Origin: Malacoraja senta
Lineage: Eukaryota
Direction of reading: 5' to 3'
Length of the DNA: 64,000 nt
NCBI GenBank assembly: GCA_038087875.1
Contig: CM075984.1
Location: 34,658,001 to 34,722,000 of the forward strand
Made by a program: the position numbers and the translations under genes. The notes under the pieces are model-generated. The model saw nothing but the letters and a program-made list of their open reading frames with translations. It searched no databases and was not told the origin of the DNA. Below, one piece after another: positions 53,301 through 63,565 of this stretch (positions within the stretch are counted from its first letter, which is position 1; each line of letters begins with the position of its first letter).

Positions 53301-56300
53301 TCATCCTAAAACATATCACCTTTAAGCCATTATGAAACGCAATCTTCTTCCTTAAACTGTGTTCAACTTTGGAATATAACCTCCTGAACCATATCTCTCT
53401 CAAATTTTTGTACTATACTACCTTCATAGCTGCGGCAAGAATAAAATAGTTCGGACATACAAATCATTGCTTAGACTACCACTGGAGTATTATATACAAT
53501 ATCAGAGGATTTGGTAGCAATAGAGAATGTAGGAAAGATTCACCTGTGTATTGCCTGGAATGGAGGGCTGTAGTTGTAAGGTGAGACTGGATAGTCTGGT
53601 TGTATTCTCATTGGAACATAGGGGGGACTTTATGGAGGTTTACAAAATTATGAGGGGCAGAGACAGGCTCGATATTTTACAGAGTGAAGATTATATCCAG
53701 TGGGGCACTTAATGGATAGAATGCACACTATAATTTAGAGAAGACTTTCTCTTTCACAGACAACAGGGAGACTCCTCTCTAATTATCCAGTTGCACTTGA
53801 AGATGGTCCCAATTACAGCAACTGGTATATCCTCTTCTCAGATGTGGGTGATGCGATTGTGGATTTGTGATAGTTAGCACCTCTGTGTTGTGTTTTAGGA
53901 TTTCAAATAGGGTACTGTCGGCTCCAGATAATTTTTGAGTTGGGATATCAGCTACTTGTTCATCAGGAGAAGAGCAAGACTAGCCTGAATAGTTTGTTGC
54001 AGGATGGAGTGAACGGCAAACACAGCCTCCTGTGTCTCAAACTTTTACCCATACCATCCTCAAAAACAATCTCCCATACCATAAATATATATCTTTATAA
54101 GCGAGAGGTTAGTTGATTCAATGTTGGTATTGTCAGATATATAATCAGAATGGATCTGGACAGATTGACCTAAAGATAGAATAACCAGATAAACTAGACA
54201 TACTCTAATAAGAGTGTGAAGATGCATATAATGGCTGATCCACATTTTCTTGTTCTGAATTTACAAAGCTGGGACCATGAACAACAACAAATACAGATTG
54301 CCATTGCGCCTCTAGCTCAAATCAAACAAGACAGTGGATTTTTTTCCAATAAGCCATATGTAATAAGGCAGTACCTGTTTGTGGAGATTGAGGCTATCGA
54401 TTTCAGACAGCACCCATCCAACACTTCCGTCTCCGCCACACACAAGGATGCGAAATGTGTCAAACTTCTGGAATAATCGCAAACTGAAAATGAAAACAGC
54501 ATTTAAATGAAATATTAGATATTCTATCCCATTTGAAACCACATGTAGGAAATGACAAGATATAGAAACATAGAAAATAGGTGCAGGAGTAGTCCATTCG
54601 ACCCTTCGAGCCAGCACCGCCATTCAATATGATCATGGCTAATCATCCAAGATCAGTACCCCGTTCCGGCTTTTACCCCATATCCCTTGATTCCCTTAAC
54701 CCTGAGAGCTAAATCTAACTCTCTCTTGAAAACATGTTCAAGTTTATTTCATGTTTGCTTGTACCCCTTGGTCACTGTCTTCAATTTTTCCAACAATCCC
54801 TCAACTTAATTTGTTTTCATTCATCCACCTTTATTGTTCCTAGCACAGTGATGGCACACTCCAAAAAAGTAGTAAACTCTCAGAATGACGTTGTGGTTAA
54901 TCCTGGTGCCTTAGGTCTCCAGAGAAGGATCGATTCTGATCTTGGTGCAGTCTGTGGGAGTTTCCACGTCTCTTTGACTACGTTCTCTTGCCACATGCTG
55001 AAGATTTGCTGATACACAGGCTAACTGCCCATTGCAAATGGCCTAAATGTAGGTGTTGGCAGGAAAATGAGGTGCTGGGGGGCAGAGAATGTGGAGGGGA
55101 GTTAATGGATTTGTGAGAGAAAAAATAATGACTGCAGATAGTCGGTGCAGACCCAGTGGGTTGAAGGACCTGTTTCTGTGCTGCATGACATGAATCCATG
55201 AAAACATCGCTGTTCGTTTTCCTTTGCATATGACACAAAAAATGTTAAGAGTGCAGGGGTAGTCATCGACGACAGGATGATATTGATCAATTGGTAAGAT
55301 GGACAAAGGAATGGAAGATGGAATTTAATTCTGACATACCTAAGATGATTGGTTTTGGGAAGACTAATAAAGCTAGGGCTTACACAATGAACATTTTATC
55401 GGCTAAAGGCATAGAATGTTACAGCAGGGAGATTCTGAGAAAACGTTATAAAACATTGGTTACGTCACAACTGGAGTACTGTATACACTTTTGGTCATCA
55501 TACTCTACGAATAATATGATTGCATTGGAGAGGGTGCAGAGGGCATTCACCATGACATTTCACTTATGAAAGGCTACAGAGGTTGGGTTTGTTCTCCCTA
55601 GAGCAGAGGAAGCTGAGGAGGGAAACAATAGAGATATGTACAATTATGAAAGGCGTAAACAGGGTACATAACAGGAAACATTTCCTCACGACAGATATAT
55701 TGAAAACTAGAAAGCATATTTTTAGGATAATAGGTCAGAGGTTCAGCGAGGATCTGAGGAATAACTTTTTTTCACACTGAAGCAGGTACTTTCACAATAT
55801 TTAACTACCTGAATGACCACTTAATCACCTAGACGCAGAAGTGATCAAAAATGTAATTACAAAATCAATAATTGATGGTTGGTATGGACAGAATGAGCCA
55901 ATGCGCCTATTTATTCGTTGTATGGCTTTATGAGAATGGCATAACATTGCAAGTGTCCCAAAGTCCTCCACAAGAAACACAATGTCATCCCAATTTCCTG
56001 CTTAGTATTTTGCTTATTTGCCTTGTCAATATTCTGTTTGAATACTTCCAGCTTACTTGTGACTCCATTTCTCGATTTTTAATTTAATAAATAATTTATG
56101 TCACTGTTATTTAATTTGTTCTCATCAACATCCCCTTTCTTCAACTCATAGTGTAGTTATTGCATTCAAGAATTTCTCTCCATTTAGATAATCTCCTTGC
56201 TTTGAATCATTATGAAGAAACATTGTACATATTGTCCCCGTCCTCAATGGAGTAGCAACTTATTTACTAAGACATAAATCAGCCACAAATGGATAATAAG

Positions 56301-59300
56301 AAATCAATGTGCTACAACAGAAAGTTTTCATGTATCCAAAATTTATAAATAATTGAACTCATCTCCAATCAAAATATTTTATACACCCATAATTCAAACT
56401 ACTATAATGCCTACACATACAATAACTACAATATTAATATTGGAATTTCTGCATCTCAATAATAATTCATACATCTACAGGCCATCCCTGGATTACAAAC
56501 ACCCCACATATATACATCCGTACATAATGAACGAACTCCCATAACATTATTAAATTCAAAAGTCTGACGTAGGTACACACGTTTGATCCTATAAGGAGCA
56601 GAACTTGTTTCTTCTCTCTTTCCATTTTTAGTAATCTGTCGTCCATATCAGTATACTGTGCTTTTGATGCCATTCATTACAAAACTGTGAAGGTTTGGTT
56701 ACCGTATTAAGTGATTTTTTAGGTATTTTCGAGCTTATGGACAAAATTGATTTATGGATGCCTGTAAAAATGGAACCCTTTTGTTACCCAGGGATGGCCT
56801 GTACAGCTATGTTTTAGCTCCTGCAAGCATGTTATAAACTAAACAATTAACACCATGGCTCTGATGGTTTAAGGTCTTGTTGGATATAGATTCAGCAAAA
56901 ACACATCAGTTTGTCACCATGGCCTTGATTTAAATAAGGCAGTGAGAACAGCAAGGCAAAGAGAATGTCACACAGTAAGGATCCATTCAGTCATGATCTG
57001 ATATCCATTTATAAAGACTTTAGTGCAAAATTCACTGAATGGTAATGAGAAATGGGAAGTTTAAATGATCGTTCCCTTCCTAAACCAAAAACCAACATGC
57101 ATCATTGCACCACCCATCTTCACCTATCACCTTACCCTATCCTCCACCATTCCAATCCATTTGACAGCAATTCTGCTATTGTTCTAATAAAATGCATCTT
57201 TCAATTCAACCAAATAAAAAGAGACAAAGCTGGAAATATTCAGTAAGCCAGGCATTTATAGGTGGGGCGGGAAAAAGATTTGACATTTTGGGACCAGGAT
57301 TTTTCAACAGAACTGGGAAAGTGCGGAAACATGCATGTTTTTTTTTAAGTTGCAGAGAGGGGAAGGTTGAGAGAAGAAAAATAACATATTGGGTGCAGAA
57401 AAGAGTTATCAAGTAAATAATCACTTTAACAATTGGCAGTTGGAACAAAATGACACAGAGACAAACCAAAATGGTAAATGGACACAGGAAGGGCGGCCAC
57501 ATCTGTGGGGTAAAAAAAAAGGTTGATCTTACATTGTTAAGTGTAATATTAAGTTCTGAGGATTGAAGTTGGAAGATGAGGTGCTGTTTCAGTTGGGATT
57601 GTTGCTCCAGCTTTCCACGAAATCTTATAATCCCCAGTTTTATATTGAGTTTAACAATTACAGATAAATCCCTTTTTCTAGCAAATATTCTTCTGTGCCA
57701 ATTTGTTGTCTTTCAATTTGTCTATTATGTTGTTCCATCAGCTAGTTAAAAAAAAACTATTACCTGCAATGTATCACATACATTCCCTTAGTTCTCTCTA
57801 CCTTCCCTTTCCACAACTCGAAACATGCTTGTCCTCTCACTTTTCTAGCTCTGACAAATGATCCTTGACTCAAAACATTAACTTTCTTTCTCTCCCCACT
57901 GATGTTCTTTGTCAGCATTTCGCTTTTGTTTCAGATTCCTGGCATCTGCATTTTTTTGCTCGAAAATGAGTTGATACTTATTAAATATGAACTGCAAAGA
58001 TATGCGCACTGAGGAAACTTGAAGCACCTCCTACCCAAGATGTGGGCCTCCATTCATCAAGTCAAACACCTGAGCCGGGTTCAGTAACTGCTTGAATCTC
58101 CTCAAGAACTTCACCCCTTGATTATCTCCACTCTTCGAATTCACAAAGACCAGAAGGGGACTCGTACAGGATGGTGGGCATGTTGCTTTCCAAAATCCTA
58201 GAGAACAGTATTGTGAACAGAATGTTACTGAATTAGTTGTGCTCCAGGTTACTCACTCAAAGAGGCGCTTATAGCATTTTCATGACCATAACCCATCAAC
58301 CTTCTCCACTCTGATATCCCTATTTCTGACCCCATTCCATCCCTGCCGCTCTAGTTCCTACTATCTCTAACACTGTTTAACTTGTAACTCTTTTTCTTTT
58401 ACTTTAACTTTTTTTCTTTTTCTTTTACTGTTTTTACTGTTACTTTTTCCACCTTGCTAAGTTAGATGTTATTGTTAATAAGTGTAGCACGAAGGGCTGG
58501 TATGTATTTGTCATCCGAGCAGATACAGTGCATTCAGAAAGTATTCAGACCCCTTCACTTTTTCCACATTTTGTTACATTAAAGCCTTATTTTGAAATGG
58601 CTTAAATTCATTTTTTTAATCATCAATCTACACACAATAATACCCCAGAATGAAGAAGCGAAAACAGGTGTTTAGAAATTTTTGCAAGATAATTAAAGAG
58701 AAATAACTGAAATATCACATTTACATAAGTATTCAGACCCTTTGCTATGACACTCAAAATTGAGTTTAGGTTCATCCTGTTTCCATTGATTATCCTTGAG
58801 ATGTTTCTACAACTTAATTGGAGTCCACCAGTGGTAAATTAAATTGATTGGACATGATTTGGAAAGGCACACACCTGTCTATATAAAGTCCCACAGTTGA
58901 CAGTGCATATCAGAGCAAAAACCAAGCCATGAAGATGAAGGAATTGTCCGTAGACCTCCGAGACAAGATTGTGTTGAGACAGATCTGGGGAAGGGTATAA
59001 AACAATTTCTGCAGCATTGCAGGTCCCGAAGAGCACTGAGGCCTCCGTCATTCTTAAGTGGAAGAACTTAGGAACCACCAGGACTCTTCATAGAGCTGGT
59101 CGCCTGGTCAAACTGAGCAATCAAGGGAGAAGGGCCTTCGTCAGGGAGGTGACCAAGTACCCGATAGTCACTCTGACAGAGTTTCTCTGTGGAGATGGGA
59201 GAACCTTCCAGAAGGACAACTAAATCTGCAACACTCCATCAATCAGGCCTTTATGGTAAAGTGGTCAGACGGAAGCCACTCCACAGTAAAAGACACATGA

Positions 59301-62300
59301 CAGCCCGCTTGGAGTTTGCCAAAAGGCATGAGAAACAAGATTCTCTGGTCTGATGAAACCAAGATTGAATTCATTGGCCTGAATGCCAAGTGTCACATCT
59401 GGAGGAAACCAGGAAAAGCTCATCACCAGGCTAATACCATACCTACAGTGAAGCATGGTGATGGCAGCATCATGCTGTGGGGATGTTTTTCAGCAGCAGG
59501 AACTGGGAGACTAGTCATGATCGAGGGAAAGATGAACGGAGCAAAGTACAGAGAGATCCTTGATGAGCGTTCTGGACCTCAGACTGGGGCGGGAGTTCAC
59601 CTTCCAACAGGACAACGACCCTAAGCACACAGCCAAGACAATGCAGGAGTGGCCGTGACAAGTTTATGAATGTCCTTGAGTAGCCCATTCAGAGCCTGGA
59701 CTTGAACCCGATCGAACATCTCTGGGGGGACCTGAAAATAACTGGCATCGACGCTCCCCATCCAACCTGACTGAGCTTGAGAAGATCAGCAGAGAAGAAT
59801 GGGAGAAATGACCCAAATACAGGTGTGCCAAGTTTGTTACGTCATACACAAGAAGACTTGAGGTTGTAATTGCTGCCAAAGGTGCTTCAACAAAGTACTG
59901 AGTAAAGGGTCTGAATACTTATGTAAATGTGATATTCCAGTTATTTCTTTTTAATTACTTTGCAAAAATTTCTAAACACCTATTTTTGCTTTTTTATTAT
60001 GGGGTATTGTGTGTAGATTGGTGATTTAAAAAAATGAATTTAATCCATTTTAGAATAAGGCTGTAACTTAACAAAATGTGGAAAAAGTGAAGGGGTCTGA
60101 ATACTTTCTGAATGCACTGTACCTGTTGCTCCACTCAGTTGACAGCAATAAGCTGGACATTGCAAGAGTGGAAGAGTTATGGGTTGCCACAGCATCCTTA
60201 ACCATAGTCATGGTATCATATTTTACAAGCCATCCCCTCTCGCCCATGCAAAGCTATTCAGATACTCTCCCAGATCTTCTAACAGACACTCATACTTTTT
60301 TTTTTGAGTATCTGCAAATGTCTGCAGACTCAGAGCCATTCGCACTCTCACACAGTCACTCACAAACTCTTGTGCACTCTCCAAATAATTTCTCACAACC
60401 ATGCTTGATCTTTTTCCAGACTCACTTACAGTCACACCCTCAACTGCTCAAACCTAATCACAAACTATCCTAAACTCTCTCTTATTTACTCCCACAAGAC
60501 AACAGTCAGCTATAAACTCTCTTTCATGCAGTCCAAAAATAGTTTTGCATAGCTTCGCAAGGTCTTTCTGACTTGCACTCAAATATGTCATCCATTGCTA
60601 TAATCACAAATAATTTCTCAACCATGTACAGTTCCAGGAAACCTTATGGTCAAATATTTATCATTATAAGTCTTATATTGATTTTATGCTGCTTATTAGC
60701 TTTAGTTAGCACTATGCATATAGACAATCAGCTCTTTGAACAGCAACAAGAGATAAGGACTACAACTTACCATCAGAGTCTATACTGTTGAGTGCAGTTG
60801 GAGGAATAACAGAAACTTTACACTGCCCCAAAGGACATTTGATGGAAAGCATATCTTTACAAGCTGTGTGCACCTGGAGATAATGAATATTACATAGAAA
60901 TTAGCAATCAATGGTCCACACAGGTGAAGTGTATATGAACACACGAGAGGAAAATAGAACACTGATTTAGAGATACAGCATTGAAACAGGACCTTCAGGT
61001 CACCGAGTCCACGCCGACTGTCTATCACCCGTTGACACTGGTTCTATGTTATCCCACTTTCTCACTCCCGACATACCAGGGACAATTTGTCTAGGCCAAT
61101 TAACCTACAAACCCGCACATCTTTGGGATGTGGGAAGAAACCGGAGGATCCAGAGGATCACAGGAAGAACATGCGAACTCCGAACTGACAGCACCCGAGG
61201 TCACAACCAAACTCGGGTTTCTGGTGCTCTACCAGCTACGCCACTGTGCCACCTGAAAGCTTTCTCATAAAGCATGCTTTACTCTGCAAACGTAAGGGAG
61301 GACATTCATAATGAGTGCATGCAATTGCCACCTGTAAAATTCCAATTTAACCAGGATGATTTCTTAATTCACTTTCCCTGTATACCGAGGCAACCAAGAC
61401 ACAAGTTAATTCAAGAACCTAAATACTTCGAAAATTTCAAATACACCTGGTCAATTTGAAGTCAACTACAAGATGTCAACATATACATCATGTAATATTG
61501 TTATGTATAACATTCAATGAATATTAAAAGCACATTTTTCAAGTGTACAGTACAAACATTTCAGTCTACTCCAACTGCAAGCCTATTTCCTACTAAACAA
61601 GGCACTGTTTCATTACTGTATGTAGGACACTGGGTCTGAGGCAGGTAAAATCTGCAACCAGATCAAAACAGATTGATTGATATTGATTATGTAGTTCATC
61701 AAGGTTAAATTAACTTCTAACTTAAGGGCCTGTCCCACTGTACGAGGTAATTCAAGAGCTCTCCCGAGTTTTAAAAAAATCAAACTCGTGGTAAGTACGT
61801 AGAATGTACGTAGCGGCTAAGTCGGAGCTCGTGGATGTCTCGTAGCGGCTCGTAATGCTAACGGCAGGTACTCGTGGAAACGCGGAAACTCGTGAAGTTT
61901 TTTCAGCACTGTGAAAAATGTCCATGGGTACCTACGAAAATGGTTCGTAGGTACCCAGAGAACCCGGAGTACCTACGAACGGCTATTACCGTAATTCTCC
62001 GAGTTCGAATCAGGGGAAACTCGGGAGAACTCTTGAATTACCTCGTACAGTGGGACAGGCCCTTGACACTTGAATAGTTGGGACTATAGTAAGACACATT
62101 TGGGGTGGGGGGACAAGGAGCAGGGAGGGTCAGTAGAGCAAAGATCGCGATTGGTGAGCTGGCATAAGAAAGGGCAATGAGACAGAATTCAACACAAATG
62201 GAAGCTAAGTTTATGAAGACAACTGGTTGGATTAAGATAAATTTGTGTAGATAGGGAGCAGAGGAGGTAAGAGAGGGGAACTAATTTCTATCAGACAAAT

Positions 62301-62619
62301 GGCAAATGAAATGTTCACAGATTAAAAGTAAAAATCCTATTTTTATCTCTTCAATTTGTTAGGCTTTAAAATATAAAGCCTCTACTGGGCTCACTTAACT
62401 CCATATGTAAGAAATCAACAGCAAATGTCATTAATTGCAAAGGTATTAGGATCTTGCTCTGATTTACAACATAGTAAAATTACTTATACTCACCATCGCC
62501 TTACACCACAGGCATCGCCAATCCTGCAGGCGCAACACACTTCCACACGTCTTGTCACAGACAGTACATTTTGCACTGACAGGCAAGTTACCTTCTAACC
62601 ACTGGTGTGGCATTGAGAC
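17309..62619 (-). CDS. DGKD: Diacylglycerol kinase delta, partial multi-exon gene (24 coding exons; 5' exons for PH/C1A lie beyond the window)
   Basis: Spliced translation follows vertebrate DGK-delta continuously: C1B, DAGKc ([19 protein letters not shown]), long insert, DAGKa ([15 protein letters not shown]), coiled-coil region and SAM. Exon lengths sum to 2948 nt, one base short of 983 codons (see frameshift finding). Confidence 0.97.
19662..19754 (-). mobile_element. Short Penelope-terminus-like insertion with hammerhead-like motif and 13-bp TSD
   Basis: TSD CTCCTCCATGCAG at 19649-19661 and 19755-19767; minus strand reads CTGAAGA-A-GGGTTTTGGCCC-GAAACGTTA. Confidence 0.85.
20905..21190 (-). 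mobile_element. tRNA-derived V-SINE/HE1-type SINE
   Basis: Reverse complement of the SINE head (cagtggtagagctactacctcacagcgccag..ggttcgatcc). Confidence 0.75.
21195..21545 (+). mobile_element. CR1 LINE 3' remnant
   Basis: gtgaccttatatagaggtttataaaattatgaggg...tggaacaagctgccagaggaag... Confidence 0.7.
22158..22288 (-). CDS. DGKD: DGKD exon (SAM): [44 protein letters not shown]
   Basis: 131 bp; ccacag|...|gtactg. Confidence 0.96.
24631..24748 (-). CDS. DGKD: DGKD exon: [39 protein letters not shown]
   Basis: 118 bp; ttccag|...|gtgtgt. Confidence 0.93.
25139..25258 (-). CDS. DGKD: DGKD exon: [40 protein letters not shown]
   Basis: 120 bp; NAGNAG acceptor cag|CAG; donor gtaggc. Confidence 0.94.
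26227..26319 (-). CDS. DGKD: DGKD exon: [31 protein letters not shown]
   Basis: 93 bp; ctaaag|...|gtaagg. Confidence 0.93.
27390..27501. repeat. 19-bp tandem repeat x6 inside the Helitron
   Basis: Unit gcaaggcaactttaattag. Confidence 0.95.
27501..27711. repeat. 31-bp tandem repeat x~7 inside the Helitron
   Basis: Unit ggcaacacagctttagcatttccaaaccaaa (one 29-bp variant, last copy partial). Confidence 0.95.
28417..28680 (+). mobile_element. tRNA-derived V-SINE/HE1-type SINE
   Basis: A box tggcacagtgg, B box ggttcgatcc, conserved central domain. Confidence 0.8.
29046..29260. mobile_element. Inverted Penelope-terminus-like element (old)
   Basis: gaactcagtgggtcaagcagcat... / ctgatgcagggtcgcaactcaaaatgttaac...ctgcagtctctcgtgtct. 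Confidence 0.6.
29991..30102 (-). CDS. DGKD: DGKD exon: [37 protein letters not shown]
   Basis: 112 bp; ctccag|...|gtaaga. Confidence 0.95.
30650..32254 (+). mobile_element. CR1 LINE fragment (RT domain to 3' end, internally deleted)
   Basis: [45 protein letters not shown]; (tttctatg)n tail. Confidence 0.93.
32756..32910 (-). CDS. DGKD: DGKD exon: [20 protein letters not shown]...[11 protein letters not shown]
   Basis: 155 bp; ccacag|...|gtaagt. Confidence 0.95.
33810..34790 (-). mobile_element. Old CR1 LINE remnant
   Basis: Decayed similarity to the younger CR1 copies in the window (cataagaacaggaataagagtaggc...). Confidence 0.65.
35209..35343 (-). CDS. DGKD: DGKD exon: [45 protein letters not shown]
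   Basis: 135 bp; ccctag|...|gtaggt. Confidence 0.96.
35813..35941 (-). mobile_element. Short Penelope-terminus-like insertion with 9-bp TSD
   Basis: GGTCTAAAT at 35804-35812 and 35942-35950; minus strand CTGAAGAAGGGTCTCGACCCGAAATGTC. Confidence 0.8.
36794..36907 (-). CDS. DGKD: DGKD exon: [38 protein letters not shown]
   Basis: 114 bp; ctgcag|...|gtaaga. Confidence 0.96.
37101..37208 (-). CDS. DGKD: DGKD exon: [36 protein letters not shown]
   Basis: 108 bp; atgcag|...|gtaagt. Confidence 0.96.
38620..38781 (+). mobile_element. Short CR1 3' end
   Basis: ggaatcaagggatatggggagaagg...ttttctatgtttctatg. Confidence 0.85.
39459..39555 (-). CDS. DGKD: DGKD exon: [32 protein letters not shown]
   Basis: 97 bp; tctcag|...|gtaggt. 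Confidence 0.96.
40040..40990 (+). mobile_element. Rex/Babar-type LINE 3' remnant
   Basis: GVPQG-like start; [19 protein letters not shown]...[15 protein letters not shown]...RFRNSFFP peptides. Confidence 0.7.
41020..41130 (-). CDS. DGKD: DGKD exon: [37 protein letters not shown]
   Basis: 111 bp; ctttag|...|gtgagt. Confidence 0.96.
41229..41378. repeat. 22-bp GC-rich minisatellite x~7
   Basis: Unit ctgggaggacccgaccctgacc with variants. Confidence 0.92.
42565..42664 (-). CDS. DGKD: DGKD exon: [34 protein letters not shown]
   Basis: 100 bp; cttcag|...|gtatgt (alternative in-frame donor at 42556). Confidence 0.88.
43222..43350 (-). CDS. DGKD: DGKD exon: [43 protein letters not shown]
   Basis: 129 bp; ttgcag|...|gtaagt. 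Confidence 0.92.
44443..44710. mobile_element. Inverted Penelope-terminus-like element with secondary (TACTA)n and (AAT)n insertions
   Basis: Palindromic arms interrupted at about 44531-44556 and 44609-44665. Confidence 0.7.
44870..45022 (-). CDS. DGKD: DGKD exon: [14 protein letters not shown]...KGRVNRK
   Basis: 153 bp; attcag|...|gtatca; phase fits the next exon. Confidence 0.88.
45651..46627 (-). mobile_element. Young 5'-truncated CR1 LINE (open RT C-terminal frame)
   Basis: ORF 45745-46647 (300 aa) [27 protein letters not shown] with no stops; aaacatag tail. Confidence 0.95.
46897..48122 (-). mobile_element. Young 5'-truncated CR1 LINE
   Basis: [23 protein letters not shown]..; one frameshift near 47560; same subfamily as 45651-46627. 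Confidence 0.95.
48354..48618 (-). CDS. DGKD: DGKD exon: [15 protein letters not shown]...[30 protein letters not shown]
   Basis: 265 bp; ctacag|...|gtgaga. Confidence 0.95.
48727..48823 (-). mobile_element. Short Penelope-terminus-like insertion with the best-preserved hammerhead-like motif; 14-bp TSD
   Basis: AAGCATTAG(G/T)AGTT at 48713-48726 and 48824-48837; minus strand GT-CTGAAGA-A-GGGTC-TC-GACCC-GAAACGTC-AC. Confidence 0.85.
49540..49729. mobile_element. Young inverted Penelope-terminus-like element with 15-bp TSD
   Basis: CCTTGGTGAGCCTAA at 49525-49539 and 49730-49744; 70-bp arms 49575-49644 / 49664-49733 with one mismatch. Confidence 0.88.
50039..50138 (-). CDS. DGKD: DGKD exon: [33 protein letters not shown]
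   Basis: 100 bp; ttacag|...|gtatgc. Confidence 0.95.
51177..51270 (-). CDS. DGKD: DGKD exon [17 protein letters not shown][fs][15 protein letters not shown] with an apparent 1-bp deletion
   Basis: 94 bp where the flanking phases need 95; ctcag|...|gtgagt; reads TCC AAA TCC TGA instead of TCC AAA ATC CTG. Confidence 0.9.
51799..52097 (+). mobile_element. Full-length tRNA-derived V-SINE/HE1-type SINE
   Basis: A box tggcacagtgg, B box ggttcgatcc, (ctaaa)n tail. Confidence 0.85.
52185..52266 (-). CDS. DGKD: DGKD exon: [27 protein letters not shown]
   Basis: 82 bp; ttacag|...|gtaaag; phase 2-0. Confidence 0.9.
53102..53241 (-). CDS. DGKD: DGKD exon: [47 protein letters not shown]
   Basis: 140 bp; cttcag|...|gtgaga. 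Confidence 0.96.
54375..54483 (-). CDS. DGKD: DGKD exon (ATP-binding GGDG motif): [36 protein letters not shown]
   Basis: 109 bp; tttcag|...|gtactg. Confidence 0.96.
54561..54733 (-). mobile_element. Short CR1 3' end
   Basis: atagaaacatagaaaataggtgcaggagtag... Confidence 0.85.
55250..55940 (+). mobile_element. Old CR1 LINE remnant
   Basis: [35 protein letters not shown] peptides. Confidence 0.7.
56478..56801. mobile_element. Tc1/mariner (Tigger/pogo-like) MITE
   Basis: TA|CAGGCCATCCCTGG ... CCAGGGATGGCCTG|TA: 14-bp perfect TIR and TA duplication. Confidence 0.85.
58035..58197 (-). CDS. DGKD: DGKD exon: [54 protein letters not shown]
   Basis: 163 bp; ctctag|...|gtagga. Confidence 0.95.
58526..60119 (+). 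mobile_element. Near-full-length decayed Tc1-family transposon (IR/DR type)
   Basis: TA|CAGTGCATTCAGAAAGTATTCAGACCCCTT...AAGGGGTCTGAATACTTTCTGAATGCACTG|TA; ~215-bp IRs. Transposase at about 58929-59900 retains [34 protein letters not shown] and DLNPIEHLW but has frameshifts and stops. Confidence 0.96.
60771..60873 (-). CDS. DGKD: DGKD exon: [35 protein letters not shown]
   Basis: 103 bp; ctccag|...|gtaagt. Confidence 0.95.
60965..61250 (-). mobile_element. V-SINE/HE1-type SINE remnant
   Basis: Reverse-complement SINE body ending gccactgtgccacc. Confidence 0.7.
61725..62063. mobile_element. MITE with 47-bp TIRs (PIF/Harbinger- or Kolobok-type)
   Basis: AGGGCCTGTCCCACTGTACGAGGTAATTCAAGAG.. 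inverted at both ends (46/47 match); flanks TTA / TGA (or TTAA / TTGA). Confidence 0.85.
62494..62619 (-). CDS. DGKD: DGKD exon (C1B): [42 protein letters not shown]
   Basis: 126 bp; tttag|...|gtgagt. Confidence 0.95.
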
Positions 62620-63265
62620 CTAAATAAAACAGAATCACGATACAAAATAACTGCCAATGACAGCTATGTTAGCAAAAATAGAACACAAATCAAACTACCA
62701 CAGTAGCACAGACATAACCTGATTGAAAAACAGCTGGAACAGATCCCATCAAAAATGAATCATAGAAATCTTAACTAAAGGGTTCAGCACATATCAACAG
62801 TATTTAAAAACAGAGCGGAAACGAGCCCAGACCTGTTAAATTATTATTTAATTTCTCAAGTCAGTGGTGTAATTCCATCAGATCTTTGCAGATATGTGAA
62901 GCAATAGAGTATCCTTATAATAATCAACATCCAGATTTTAAATTAACAATTAACCAAGCCTTGGATGTCGTGTGTAGAAGAGATCAAATTTTCAATTCTG
63001 TCTATGTTTACTAATTTAATTTTGTCATATCATTCTTGACATCCCAGCTAACTAAAATAATTTCCATTTTCCATTCTGTTCTCCTCAGTACCTTAACACC
63101 TGCAGACTGTACTCAAATCAACATTTAAAGTTGTAAACTACAAATAGTATAAGGTATCATTCTAGTAAACCAATGCTGCATTTTCTCCTAAATGAATACA
63201 TATTTTCCTCCAAGATATGTGGGTTAGTAGATCTGCTTACAGACTCTGCCTATGGATTAACTAGG

Positions 63266-63565
63266 AGCAGCACAATGGCACAGCTACTGCCTCACAGCGC
63301 TAGAGACCTGGGTTCGATCCTGACCTCGGGTACCATCTGTGTGTTCATACTCTGTGTGTCTGCGTGGGTTTCCTTCGGGTGCTCCGGTTTCTTCCCACAT
63401 CCTAAAGATATGCAGGTTTGTAGGTTAGTTGGCCTCTGTAAATTGCCCCTAGTGTGTCAGGCATGAATGAGAAATTGGGATAACTAGAAGTAGTGTAAAC
63501 GGTAATCGATGGTTGATGTGGACTCAGTGGGCCGAAGGACCTATTTTTATGCTGTATCTCTAAAC
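63266..63565 (+). mobile_element. V-SINE/HE1-type SINE
   Basis: B box ggttcgatcc, conserved body, ctgtatctctaaac tail. Confidence 0.8.

Noticed and set aside
17309-62619. DGKH/DGKK identity, or DGKD as a pseudogene
   Set aside because: The peptides follow the delta paralogue (e.g. [49 protein letters not shown]). A single homopolymer indel amid 23 intact exons does not support pseudogene status.
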